Source of the DNA: Desulfatiglandales bacterium
GTDB lineage: Bacteria > Desulfobacterota > DSM-4660 > Desulfatiglandales > Desulfatiglandaceae
Length of the DNA: 64,000 bases
Reading direction: 5' to 3'
Assembly (NCBI GenBank): GCA_963662465.1
Contig: OY759599.1
Location: 2,240,001-2,304,000 of the forward strand
Position 1 is the first letter of the stretch; every line of letters starts with the position of its first letter. Below are positions 10,514 through 20,598 of this stretch, in pieces. Under the pieces are notes generated by a model. That model was not told the DNA's origin. It saw only the letters and a list, made by a program, of their open reading frames with translations, and did not search any database. The translations under genes were made by a program, and so were the position numbers.

Positions 10514-11851
10514 ATGCTTAAAAAATCGACTGTTCTTTTTTTGTTGTTCGCTGTTTTTGGCCTGAGCCGGGTCTGGGCTGGTGATGAACCGCCCACGCCC
10601 ATTACCAACAAAGAAGCCATTGCCCTGGTTCAAACCCATGCGGATTATGTATGGACCCTGGTAGCGGCGGCCCTGGTATTTTTCATGCAAGCCGGATTTG
10701 CCATGGTGGAAGCGGGTTTTACCCGCGCCAAGAACGCCATCAATATCATGATGAAAAACCTCATGGACTTTTCCATGGGAACCCTGGCCTTCTGGGCCAT
10801 CGGTTTCGGTTTGATGTTCGGCGCTTCCGCATCGGGCTGGATAGGTACATCCGGGTTTTTTCTGAGCGACTTCACCATGGGAGGCGACCCATGGGTGCTG
10901 GCTTTCTGGATGTTCCAGGTGGTGTTTGCCGCAACAGCCGCCACCATTGTCTCCGGCGCCATGGCCGAAAGAACCAAATTTTCAAGCTATATGGTCTACA
11001 GTGTTATAATCTGTGGTATTATCTATCCGATTTTCGGCGGCTGGGCCTGGGGAGGTCTTTTTCACGGGGGCGGATGGCTGGAAAAACTGGGGTTCATTGA
11101 TTTTGCGGGATCTACCGTCGTTCACTCTGTGGGCGGTTGGGCAGCTCTGGCGGGCGCCATTGTTCTGGGACCACGAATCGGTAAATACGCCAAAGACGGG
11201 AAAGTTCGCCCCATTTTGGGACATAACCTTCCTCTCGCGGCCCTGGGCGTTTTCATCCTCTGGATGGGATGGTTCGGATTCAACCCCGGCTCCACCACGG
11301 CCGCCAACAAGGACATTGCCATGATATTCGTGAACACCAACCTGGCGGCGGCGGCCGGTGCAGTTCTGGCCATGTTCACCAGTTGGATGAGAATCGGGAA
11401 ACCGGATATCGGCATGAGCTTAAACGGCGCTCTGGCGGGTCTTGTGGCCATCACGGCGGGTTGTGCCAACGTGACGCCGCTCAGTGCCGTGATCATCGGT
11501 TCCATCGCCGGCATCATCGTGGTTTTCGCGGTCTTCTTTTTCGACAAAATCAAAGTGGACGATCCAGTGGGCGCCGTCTCCGTCCACGGCGTCAACGGTG
11601 CATGGGGCACCCTGGCGGCGGGCCTGTTCAACATCGGCGGCACATCAGGCAAAATCGTTGGGGTGCAGCTCTTAGGAATCGGAACCTGTTTCCTTTGGAC
11701 CTTCGGCACGGCTTTCATCCTCTTTAAAATTATCGACAAAACCATCGGTTTGAGGGTCTCCCCGGAAGAGGAAAGAGACGGTCTGGATTACGCGGAACAC
11801 GGCGGCAACGCATACCCGGACTTTGAAGTCTCATCCTATGTGCAGAAGTAG
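10514..11851 (+). CDS. amtB: Ammonium transporter
   Basis: FMQAGFAMVEAG, DFAGSTVVH, WFGFNPGS and DDPVGAVSVHG motifs. Confidence 0.96.
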   Translation: MLKKSTVLFLLFAVFGLSRVWAGDEPPTPITNKEAIALVQTHADYVWTLVAAALVFFMQAGFAMVEAGFTRAKNAINIMMKNLMDFSMGTLAFWAIGFGLMFGASASGWIGTSGFFLSDFTMGGDPWVLAFWMFQVVFAATAATIVSGAMAERTKFSSYMVYSVIICGIIYPIFGGWAWGGLFHGGGWLEKLGFIDFAGSTVVHSVGGWAALAGAIVLGPRIGKYAKDGKVRPILGHNLPLAALGVFILWMGWFGFNPGSTTAANKDIAMIFVNTNLAAAAGAVLAMFTSWMRIGKPDIGMSLNGALAGLVAITAGCANVTPLSAVIIGSIAGIIVVFAVFFFDKIKVDDPVGAVSVHGVNGAWGTLAAGLFNIGGTSGKIVGVQLLGIGTCFLWTFGTAFILFKIIDKTIGLRVSPEEERDGLDYAEHGGNAYPDFEVSSYVQK

Positions 11852-11950
11852 TAAAAGCGGAAATGTTAGCAAAAAGTTTTAAAAACAACAATTTTTGAAG
11901 GACCTATCACAATTTTGAATGGTTAAAACCAAAACCCAAGGAGGAAAGAA

Positions 11951-12793
11951 ATGAAACGGAAAATGATCAAACTTTTATCAACCCTATTGCTTTTGGCCCT
12001 CGCCTTTGTCCCCTGGAACGCCTTTGGCGCGGAAGAAAAACCCCTTCCCGGAGAAGGCACAATCGCCGCGGAACTGGACAAGGTGGTGGATGAAGACCGG
12101 CCCGAACTTTCGGCGGATGTGGCATTCATGAGCCAGTACATCTGGCGGGGTTACGGACTGAGCAAAGACAGTCTCGTGATTCAACCTTCAATAACCGCCG
12201 GTTTTAAAGGATTCGCACTGAACCTCTGGGGAAACCTGGATACGGACAACGAAACCTACGATGGATCCAAATGGAATGAGACGGACATGACCTTTTCCTA
12301 CGGCCACAGTTTCGGGATCGTGGGCCTGGAAGCCGGGTATATCTACTACGCCCTGGATGGACTGGATGACTCCAAGGAATTCTACCTCAGTGCGGGCGTG
12401 GACGTTATTCTGGCGCCCACCCTGACCGTTTACCGGGAAGTCAGCACACTACAGGGATGGTATATCAACCTGGGGCTTTCCCATTCATTTGAACTGCCCT
12501 ATGAGATGAGCCTCGACCTGGGCGCCACATTTGCCTACTACAAATCCGACAACGACAACATGCTGGATTATAACGACGATAATTTGCCCACCGGTGACCG
12601 GTTCAGCGGACTTCATGACGGCTTGCTGTCAGTGGGATTAGCCATCCCCTTCTACAAATATTTTACGGTAACGCCATCCATTGCCTGGGCATTTCCTCTG
12701 TCGAGCTCCGCCAGTAATGAGATGTCGGCTTTGAGCCTGGACGGAAGGTCAAATCACCTTCTGGGCGGCGTCACCCTTTCCATGGCTTTCTAA
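11951..12793 (+). CDS. TorF/Gcw_chp-like outer-membrane beta-barrel
   Basis: Signal peptide, SQYIWRG motif, C-terminal Phe; follows amtB. Confidence 0.75.
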   Translation: MKRKMIKLLSTLLLLALAFVPWNAFGAEEKPLPGEGTIAAELDKVVDEDRPELSADVAFMSQYIWRGYGLSKDSLVIQPSITAGFKGFALNLWGNLDTDNETYDGSKWNETDMTFSYGHSFGIVGLEAGYIYYALDGLDDSKEFYLSAGVDVILAPTLTVYREVSTLQGWYINLGLSHSFELPYEMSLDLGATFAYYKSDNDNMLDYNDDNLPTGDRFSGLHDGLLSVGLAIPFYKYFTVTPSIAWAFPLSSSASNEMSALSLDGRSNHLLGGVTLSMAF

Positions 12794-12823
12794 TGTAAAT
12801 AACATTGACCCGGTTTAACAGTT

Positions 12824-12878
12824 GAGTTCTCCCTGGCATCTCTTCTCCTCCAAAAAGAAGAGACGTCAGGGGGGGCTC
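12824..12878. terminator. Long hairpin after the amtB operon
   Basis: gagttctccctggcatctcttct...agaagagacgtcagggggggctc imperfect stem. Confidence 0.55.
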
Positions 12879-12995
12879 CCCCCTTTCCAACCCAGCCATC
12901 CCCACCATGAAAATGGCTTCGATGTAAAGCCTTTGCATTCCGTTTCCCTTTGGATTAGGTTAAGAACGCTAATTTACAGGAGGCACTCCCGACTC

Positions 12996-14606
12996 ATGAT
13001 CAGAATCCAACATATCACGCTGGCCTTTGACCACGACCCCGCCGCCCTTCAAAGGGCGGTGCTGGATAAGCTGAACATCCCGGAAAAAGAACTGCTGCGC
13101 TTCCGGATCATTCGAAAATCCATTGATGCACGCAAAAAAAACCGGATCATGGCCGTCTATTCCGTGGATGCGCAGGTCGAAAATGAATCCCTTGTTCTCT
13201 CCCGGCATACTGCGGACCGCAATATCAGCATGACACCGGATCTTCGTTACCATGCGCCGATACCCGTCCGATCAAAAAGAATTTCACCTGTGGTGGTGGG
13301 AACCGGCCCGTGCGGACTTTTCGCCGGATTGATACTGGCGGAAGCCGGGTTGTGTCCCATCATGATAGAGCGGGGAAAGAGCGTTGAATCGCGTGTTCAA
13401 GATGTTCGCAGATTTTGGGAAAAAGGACTGTTCAACCCTGAATCCAATGTGCCTTTCGGCGAAGGGGGCGCAGGAACCTTTTCAGACGGAAAGCTGACCA
13501 CCCAGATCCGGGATGGAAAAAATCGCATTCGAAAAGTCCTGTCGGAACTGGTCAAGGCTGGGGCGCCCGAAGAAATTCTCTATGCGGCAAAACCTCACGT
13601 GGGCACGGACAACCTGATCAGGGTGGTCCGGAACCTTCGGAAAACCATTCTGGCCCTGGGCGGACAGGTTCGGTTTGAAACGAAGCTGACGGATATACGG
13701 GTGAAAAGAGGAAGTGTGGTTGAGGCTATCTTCAACCATGGCGAGACGATCCACACGGATACCCTGGTGCTGGCCCTGGGACACAGCGCCCGGGACACCT
13801 TTTGCATGCTCCATGAACAAAACATTCCCATGGCGCCGAAAGCCTTTTCCATGGGGGTGCGCATCGAGCATCCCCAGACATTGATCGACCAGGCCCAATA
13901 TGGCCCATTTGCCTCCCATCCCGGGCTGGGACCATCGGACTACCGGCTGGTTTACCGCTGTCCCAATGGCCGGGCCGCCTACACCTTCTGCATGTGCCCC
14001 GGCGGCCGGGTGATCGGCGCATCGCCTGAGGCGGGGAGCATCGTCGTAAACGGCATGAGCCTGTACGCCCGCAACAGCCCCAACGCCAACAGCGCCCTGC
14101 TGGTGAGCGTGAATCCAGCCGACTTTGGCGACAACAGCCCCCTTTCGGGCATTTCTTTCCAACGACGATGGGAACAAAAAGCCTTTGAAATGGGCGGCGG
14201 CAACTATTTTGCCCCGGTCCAACGGGTGGAAGATTTTCTATCAGGGAGGCCGTCGGTTTCAATGGGGCAGGTAACCCCCAGCTATGCACCGGGGACAACC
14301 CCAGGGGATTTGACGCCATGCCTGCCGGACTTTGTCGCCGAGACCCTTCGTTCAGCCATCCCCGGGCTGAACCGGAAACTCAGGGGGTTTGCCATGGCCG
14401 ACGCCATCCTGACCGCCGTCGAAACAGGGAGTTCGTCTCCAATCAGAATTCTTAGGGGCAAGACGTTTCAGAGCCCCGGTGTTTTAGGGTTGTACCCCAC
14501 CGGAGAAGGAGCCGGTTACGCGGGGGGCATCATCTCCTCAGCCGTTGACGGCATTCGGGTGGCGGAAGCGATTATTGAGGGAAATTTTGGAAAACCGTTA
14601 GTATAA
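12996..14606 (+). CDS. FAD-dependent oxidoreductase (COG2509-like)
   Basis: VGTGPCGL, GEGGAGTFSDGKL, TFCMCPGG and GEGAGYAGGI motifs. Confidence 0.85.
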   Translation: MIRIQHITLAFDHDPAALQRAVLDKLNIPEKELLRFRIIRKSIDARKKNRIMAVYSVDAQVENESLVLSRHTADRNISMTPDLRYHAPIPVRSKRISPVVVGTGPCGLFAGLILAEAGLCPIMIERGKSVESRVQDVRRFWEKGLFNPESNVPFGEGGAGTFSDGKLTTQIRDGKNRIRKVLSELVKAGAPEEILYAAKPHVGTDNLIRVVRNLRKTILALGGQVRFETKLTDIRVKRGSVVEAIFNHGETIHTDTLVLALGHSARDTFCMLHEQNIPMAPKAFSMGVRIEHPQTLIDQAQYGPFASHPGLGPSDYRLVYRCPNGRAAYTFCMCPGGRVIGASPEAGSIVVNGMSLYARNSPNANSALLVSVNPADFGDNSPLSGISFQRRWEQKAFEMGGGNYFAPVQRVEDFLSGRPSVSMGQVTPSYAPGTTPGDLTPCLPDFVAETLRSAIPGLNRKLRGFAMADAILTAVETGSSSPIRILRGKTFQSPGVLGLYPTGEGAGYAGGIISSAVDGIRVAEAIIEGNFGKPLV

Positions 14607-14624
14607 ACTGAGACCTGTGTGCCT

Positions 14625-16037
14625 ATGCGCCAATCCATTCAAGAATTTGTCAATGCCATCCTTCTCCTCCAGGCGCCCCTGTCGCTCCTTTTGCTCGGCC
14701 TGATTCTCATGCTCCTGTGCGTCCTTGTTTACCGGGTTTTCCGGAAACAAGGGTCTCAAGACCTCATGGAACTGCAAAACCGCCTTGACCGCATGGACGA
14801 TGGTCTTCAAAGGCTTCTGACGGTCTTCAAGGAAGAAAGCACCCAAAACCGCAATGAGTCGTCCCATCAGGCCCGTCTGGATCGCGAAGAAATGGGAAAT
14901 GGGCTTCGTCGCATAACGGACGGAATTCTTCAACGGATGACCGAAAATGCGGGGATGCAGAAAGACCAACTGGATTCTTTTGCCCGGCAATTGGTGGCGT
15001 TAACCCGGCTCAACGAGGAAAAATCAGAAGCCGTTCGGAATACCATCGATGTTCAGTTGCGCTCTCTAAGGGAAGAAAACAATCTTAAACTCGAAAACAT
15101 ACGGGAAACCGTCGACGAAAAACTTCACAGCACTCTCGAAAAGCGGGTGGGAGAATCCTTCAGGCAGGTCAGCGAGCGCCTGGAACAGGTCTACAGGGGC
15201 CTCGGGGAAATGCAACACCTGGCAACCGGCGTGGGGGACCTGAAGCGGGTTCTCACCAACGTGCGCGCACGCGGCATCTGGGGAGAAGTTCGTCTCGCCG
15301 CCATACTGGAACAAATCATGACGCCGGATCAATACGACACAAATGTCGCCACTGTGAAGAACAGCCGCGAACGGGTGGAATTCGCCCTTCGACTGCCCGG
15401 CCAGAGAGAGGATCCAAACCAGGTAGTGTGGCTCCCCATCGATGCCAAATTCCCCCAGGAGGACTACCAGCACCTGCTGGATGCTCAGGAACGCGCCGAC
15501 AAAGAGAGCGCCGATCGGTATCTGAAACAACTGGAAATACGGATTAAAACCGAGGCGAAAGCCATCAAGGAAAAGTATGTGGCGCCGCCCCACACAACGG
15601 ATTTCGCCATTCTATTTCTTCCCATTGAAGGGCTCTATGCGGAAGTATTGCGCATACCCGGCCTGTGCGATACGCTTCAGCGGGAGTACCGTATTGTGGT
15701 AACCGGTCCCACCACCCTTTCAGCACTGCTCAACAGCCTCCAGATCGGATTTCGCACCCTGGCCATCGAGAAGCGATCCAGCCAGGTATGGGAACTTCTG
15801 GGGACCCTCAAAACCGAGTTCGGTCGGTTTGGAGACGCCTTGGCCAAGACCAAGAAAAAACTGCAAGAAGCCGGCAACACCATCGACCAGGCGGAAGTAC
15901 GCAGCCGGGTCATTTCAAGAAAGCTTTCAAAGGTGGAGGAGATCTCGCCGACTGCCCTTGCGCCGACCCGGCAAGGGAATGATTTACCGGAATGCCATCG
16001 ACCATTATGTCTGACAGATTTCCAGAAGAAGCCATGA
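14625..16037 (+). CDS. rmuC: DNA recombination protein RmuC
   Basis: N-terminal TM helix, coiled coil, RGIWGE, IDAKFP and TTDFAILFLP motifs. Confidence 0.92.
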   Translation: MRQSIQEFVNAILLLQAPLSLLLLGLILMLLCVLVYRVFRKQGSQDLMELQNRLDRMDDGLQRLLTVFKEESTQNRNESSHQARLDREEMGNGLRRITDGILQRMTENAGMQKDQLDSFARQLVALTRLNEEKSEAVRNTIDVQLRSLREENNLKLENIRETVDEKLHSTLEKRVGESFRQVSERLEQVYRGLGEMQHLATGVGDLKRVLTNVRARGIWGEVRLAAILEQIMTPDQYDTNVATVKNSRERVEFALRLPGQREDPNQVVWLPIDAKFPQEDYQHLLDAQERADKESADRYLKQLEIRIKTEAKAIKEKYVAPPHTTDFAILFLPIEGLYAEVLRIPGLCDTLQREYRIVVTGPTTLSALLNSLQIGFRTLAIEKRSSQVWELLGTLKTEFGRFGDALAKTKKKLQEAGNTIDQAEVRSRVISRKLSKVEEISPTALAPTRQGNDLPECHRPLCLTDFQKKP

Positions 16038-16735
16038 AGGTAACTATGTCTTTTTTGACATAGTGCAAGTTCACAACAAAACCAAATATCAACCTTTCCC
16101 GGATCCTTAATTTACGGTAACTGAAGCTTTTTAAAAGACGACGTTTGCGGCAACTTTTTGGCCCTGGCCAAGCAAATTAATGCTGCGAGATTCGAATCAA
16201 TTATCTTAACATTTCAATGTCTTTTTAACCGCACATCATTGCCGGGAAGCAACCTTTTTTCAAATGGATCAAGCAGAACCCCAGGATAAAAACCTTCTTG
16301 GAGACCAGCTGGAATGCTGCAATAACCCAACTATGGATAGCAGCGGTCGCTATGCCCTGTCTGACATATTATAACCCCATCTGAGCATGTTTAACAGATT
16401 TTTATAAAAAAAATGCTATTTTTCCTCTTGACACAAAATTCACCTAATGGTATTAAGTAACCCTCGGTTAGGGAAAAAATAAAAAAACACAAGATATATA
16501 TAACAAATACTTAATGGCCCTAATGTGGATATGTTTATAATTCATTCGTTTTTGATATACCGATTATTGGTTTTTTAAATTTGCGTTATTTGTTTCTTTC
16601 ATCATTTAGGAAGTGTTTTCTTTAAACATATCTTTAGTTTTATTAGGATGATAAAGACAACACATTTCAATTATATATCTTACCTATTGATTTTTTAAGG
16701 TAATGTTTTTTGAGGGTTTCTAAGGTCATCAAGAA

Positions 16736-17407
16736 ATGCCAGGCAAGGTTCAAAAGACGAATACAAAAGAGCGCATTATTGATTCTGCAAGGGAACTGTT
16801 TGCTGAAAAGGGATATCAGCAAACAACGGTAGTGGATATTTCCAAAAAGGCAGGTCTTTCAGAGGCGGCGCTTTATGAATATTTTCAGGGAAAGGAAGGC
16901 CTTTTGCTCACCATCCCCGACCTGTGGGTATCTCAGTTACTGAATGATCTTGACGGACAGCTATTTGGCATTAAGGGCGCTTCAAATAAATTAAGGAAGT
17001 TTTTGTGGTGGTATCTTCACAAGGTGGAGGAATCCCCGCTGGATGCCAAGATCGTTTATCTGTTCCTTAAAACGAACGCCAACTTCATGAAAACAGAAGT
17101 GTATAGCAATGTGAAGGCGCTCTATGGAAACTTGATTGATATTTTTGAAGAAGGACGGTGTGAAGGTGAAATGAAGCCGGACCTCAATCCCTATTTCGCC
17201 AGGGATATTCTCATCGGGACCATGGAACATATGGTTACCCGCTGGCTTTTGAAAGAGAGGACTTATTCACTGTTTGAAAATCTGGAAGAAGTTTTCGAGT
17301 TAATGCTGGATGCGTTTAAAGCCGCCGGCGAGACGTCGTCGGTGGAAAAAGGTAAAAGTGGCGCGAATAGATTAGGGAGACCTGATGATGAAAATAAACA
17401 GGATTGA
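16736..17407 (+). CDS. TetR-family transcriptional regulator
   Basis: N-terminal HTH (LFAEKGY..T..DI...AGLS...LYEYF.GKE); preceded by an AT-rich ~350 bp promoter region. Confidence 0.92.
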   Translation: MPGKVQKTNTKERIIDSARELFAEKGYQQTTVVDISKKAGLSEAALYEYFQGKEGLLLTIPDLWVSQLLNDLDGQLFGIKGASNKLRKFLWWYLHKVEESPLDAKIVYLFLKTNANFMKTEVYSNVKALYGNLIDIFEEGRCEGEMKPDLNPYFARDILIGTMEHMVTRWLLKERTYSLFENLEEVFELMLDAFKAAGETSSVEKGKSGANRLGRPDDENKQD

Positions 17408-17804
17408 TCATATATGTATTGCGGTCAAGGATTTGGAGGCGGCCAAGAAGGTCTGGGAGCCCATGTTGGGTAAATCAGGTCCTGATGATGCCTATGTTGA
17501 TGAACTTGAAAAGATCAATGTGGCCAGATACTATGTCGGTGAAGTCGGATTTGAGTTGATGGAATCGACGACCCCTGATGCAGACGTGGCAAAGTTCATT
17601 GCCAAGAACGGTGAGGGGATCATGCTCATCAGTTTTAATGTGGACAACACCAGAAAGGCCATTGATGAACTGAAGGCGAAGGACTATCCGTTTATTCCGG
17701 ATTCAAGAGGCGAACTTGCAAGACCTTTTCGGGATTGCGAATTCGCTTTTATACACCCCAAAAAACTAAATGGCGTTCTGACCGAACTTATCGATGATAA
17801 ATAG
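17385..17804 (+). CDS. VOC / methylmalonyl-CoA epimerase-like protein, copy 1
   Basis: DHICIAV, ELMES and FAFIHPKKLNGVLTEL motifs; ends at a TAG where copy 2 has TGG. Confidence 0.85.
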   Translation: MMKINRIDHICIAVKDLEAAKKVWEPMLGKSGPDDAYVDELEKINVARYYVGEVGFELMESTTPDADVAKFIAKNGEGIMLISFNVDNTRKAIDELKAKDYPFIPDSRGELARPFRDCEFAFIHPKKLNGVLTELIDDK

Positions 17805-17854
17805 GACGAGTTTAAGCATGGTTTTTCGGCGGGATATTTATATAGGGGGAAGAA

Positions 17855-19894
17855 ATGAGATACGCGGAAACAGGGTTTAATTTAGAAGTCGATTTGACTC
17901 TGGGCAATATTGAGCGGGTAGAAACAGACCCGGAAATAACCAGACTTCATCTGGGTGGCAATGGCAGTGCCGCTAGAATTATATGGGACAGAGTGAGTCC
18001 GGAGACCGATGCCTTTTCTCCTGATAATCTGCTCATATTCAGCGCGGGCCTCTTTGACGGTACGCCTATACCAGCAGCCAACCGAACGATGGTCGATACC
18101 ATTTCTCCCCAGACGAACATGTGGTCTAATTCGATTTTTGGCGGTTATTTTGGGCCGGAACTCAAACATGCCGGCTACGATAAGATCGTCATTAAAGGCA
18201 AAGCCGAAGATCTGGTATATTTATGGATACACAATGACAAAGTGGAAATACGGGATGCCTCTCACCTCAAGGGGGTAGGCGCTCAGGCGACCGCACATGC
18301 CATTAAAGATGAATTAGGCGATCGTAACATTCAAGTGGCCGCCATCGGTCTTGCCGGCGAAAACAGGCTTTTGATGGCCTCCATAGAACACTACAACGCC
18401 GCCGCAGCGCGTGGCGTCGGGTCGGTTATGGGGGATAAGCGGCTCAAGGCCATAGCCGTGCGCGGCACAAAAGATTTTCAGGTTGCCGAGCCCGAAGAGC
18501 TGTTCAAATTATGTCTTAAGCACTATCAGGATATCCATGAAAGTCCCTTTAACGGGGACCTCATGGCAATCGAATGGAACGATGCCTGGCACCATAACAA
18601 TTTTGCCTGGGGCAATGCACGCACACGGAGAAGAGACTTCTGGACCCAGGAGCAGGAAGACCGGTGGAAGGAATACACGCTGAAAATCCGTGACCGGTTA
18701 CAGGGCTGCTATAATTGTCCCAAAAACTGCCACCTCGTGGTCAAACCACCCGGACGGCAAAGGTACATCTTAAAATGCTTCGGAAAAGGCACCTGGCATA
18801 TGGCGGCTTTCGAAGAGCTTCCATTTACCTTTGACATACTGGCCTTAAGCCAGGAGTACGGCGTCGATAGCTATGCGGCGCCGCAAACCATCGCTTTCGC
18901 CATCGAACTTTACGAAGCAGGCATTTTAACGGACAAGGAGCTGCCTGATTTTCCGGAAAAATCCGCCGACAGGTTTTACTATCTTCTTGAAAAGCTTGTC
19001 CGGAGGGAAGGGATCGGGGATGTCCTGGCCAATGGCGTCTATCGGGCCGCCCGTGAGATCGGCAACGGCGCCGAAGAATATGATCATAACACCATGAAAA
19101 AATTTGAGCAGATACCGCTCAAGCTGGGAAGAGTGAATTATCCGTATTACCTCATGTACTGCACCAGCGACAAGATGGCCATTAATCAAACTGAGGGCTC
19201 TTTTCCGCAGGACCCCATTAAAGACCTTAAGGAGAGACAGGAATTCGCCGATGGTTGGATGTCGGCGCCAGTGAGGTTCAAAAAATTCTTCATGGAATGG
19301 GAACCGCGCTCACATCAGTCATTTGAAGCGGCCATTAACATTTGCGATTGGAACGAAACCATGCACTACATGGATGACGCCCTTGGCATTTGCGCCTTCT
19401 GTTCATCATTCAGGGGTCAGTTCGGCGGCGGCTCAGCCTATAACATCTATAATGTACCTCATTTTATCAAACTGGCGACCGGGATCGAAATGGATTCCGA
19501 CGACTTGTGGCAAGTCACCAGAAGAAGCCGCAATCTTGTGAGGGCCATCAATATCAGCAGAGGATTGAAAAGAGCCGACGAGAAGCCACCCGCGGACCAC
19601 TGGATAAAAAGGGAGCCGGAAAACGAGCAGAAACTTCTTGACGGCTACTACAAATTCAAGGGCTGGACCAACGAAGGCGTTCCCACAAAACAGACTTTGG
19701 ATAAATTGGGCTTAAGCGATGTCGCGGATGAACTCATCCGACGGGGACACCTTAAAGGCGATGAAGATATTTGCTATACGGATCAATCCTGTTACTCAGA
19801 AGATAGACCTAGACCAAAAAATAGTGCGGAAGCGCTGAAGTTCCGTAAGGCCAAGAATTTCACTCTAACTGAGTATATTGACAAGAATAAATAG
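17855..19894 (+). CDS. bamB: Tungstopterin class II aryl-CoA reductase catalytic subunit (BamB-like, AOR family)
   Basis: MRYAETG N-terminus, WGNARTRRRDFW, CYNCPKNC, KCF, EQIPLKL and downstream bamC-I synteny. Confidence 0.9.
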   Translation: MRYAETGFNLEVDLTLGNIERVETDPEITRLHLGGNGSAARIIWDRVSPETDAFSPDNLLIFSAGLFDGTPIPAANRTMVDTISPQTNMWSNSIFGGYFGPELKHAGYDKIVIKGKAEDLVYLWIHNDKVEIRDASHLKGVGAQATAHAIKDELGDRNIQVAAIGLAGENRLLMASIEHYNAAAARGVGSVMGDKRLKAIAVRGTKDFQVAEPEELFKLCLKHYQDIHESPFNGDLMAIEWNDAWHHNNFAWGNARTRRRDFWTQEQEDRWKEYTLKIRDRLQGCYNCPKNCHLVVKPPGRQRYILKCFGKGTWHMAAFEELPFTFDILALSQEYGVDSYAAPQTIAFAIELYEAGILTDKELPDFPEKSADRFYYLLEKLVRREGIGDVLANGVYRAAREIGNGAEEYDHNTMKKFEQIPLKLGRVNYPYYLMYCTSDKMAINQTEGSFPQDPIKDLKERQEFADGWMSAPVRFKKFFMEWEPRSHQSFEAAINICDWNETMHYMDDALGICAFCSSFRGQFGGGSAYNIYNVPHFIKLATGIEMDSDDLWQVTRRSRNLVRAINISRGLKRADEKPPADHWIKREPENEQKLLDGYYKFKGWTNEGVPTKQTLDKLGLSDVADELIRRGHLKGDEDICYTDQSCYSEDRPRPKNSAEALKFRKAKNFTLTEYIDKNK

Positions 19895-19914
19895 TCCGAG
19901 AGGTGAAAAGAGCA

Positions 19915-20469
19915 ATGGGTAAACCGGTAAAAAAAATAATTAAAGAAATAAAAGTAGACTTAAGCAAATGCAACGGTTGCCGCGCCTGTGAGCAAGCCTG
20001 TGCTGCATTTCACGCCGTACCGAAATACAGTTGCTTCAACCCGGCCCGCTCTCGGATCAAGGTGGTCATCGATGAAAGAAACGATCAATGGGTGCCGGTT
20101 CGCGCCGGCGGCTATACGCAGGCCGAATGCAGCGGCCGGAGCCATTATGTGATCGCGGGCAAGGAGTATTCGGAATGCGCTCTATGTCCGGCGTCCTGCC
20201 CATCGAGGGATTGGTTCAAGGAACCTGATTCGGGTCTTCCTCTCAAATGCGACATGTGTGAAGATGTACCCCCGCTTTCGGAACCCATGTGTGTACAGAT
20301 GTGCGCTCGTGATTGCTTGACCTATTCGGAAAGGGAAGTGTTTGTGGACGAGGAAGAAACGCAGGAAGCAGAAAATGTAATAGAGTTAAAGACGGCCTAC
20401 GAGGCACTCGTGAAGAAACACGGGCAAAAAAAAGTCGTGGATACTTTTTCTCGATTATCACAGCGCTAA
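19915..20469 (+). CDS. bamC: BamC-like Fe-S subunit
   Basis: CNGCRACEQAC, CALCPASCPSR and PLKCDMC motifs. Confidence 0.88.
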   Translation: MGKPVKKIIKEIKVDLSKCNGCRACEQACAAFHAVPKYSCFNPARSRIKVVIDERNDQWVPVRAGGYTQAECSGRSHYVIAGKEYSECALCPASCPSRDWFKEPDSGLPLKCDMCEDVPPLSEPMCVQMCARDCLTYSEREVFVDEEETQEAENVIELKTAYEALVKKHGQKKVVDTFSRLSQR

Positions 20470-20477
20470 GAAGAAAA

Positions 20478-20571
20478 AGTTATCAGTTATCAGTTATCAG
20501 TAACAGCCTATTGATATTAATTTCAAAATCACCTCCAGTCCTGACAACTGACAGCTGAAAACTGACAACTG
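20478..20571. repeat. Inverted heptamer-repeat element
   Basis: (agttatc)x3 ... ctgacaactgacagctgaaaactgacaactg. Confidence 0.75.
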
Positions 20572-20598
20572 CTGTACAAAAGCGGAGGCTAAAAAAGA

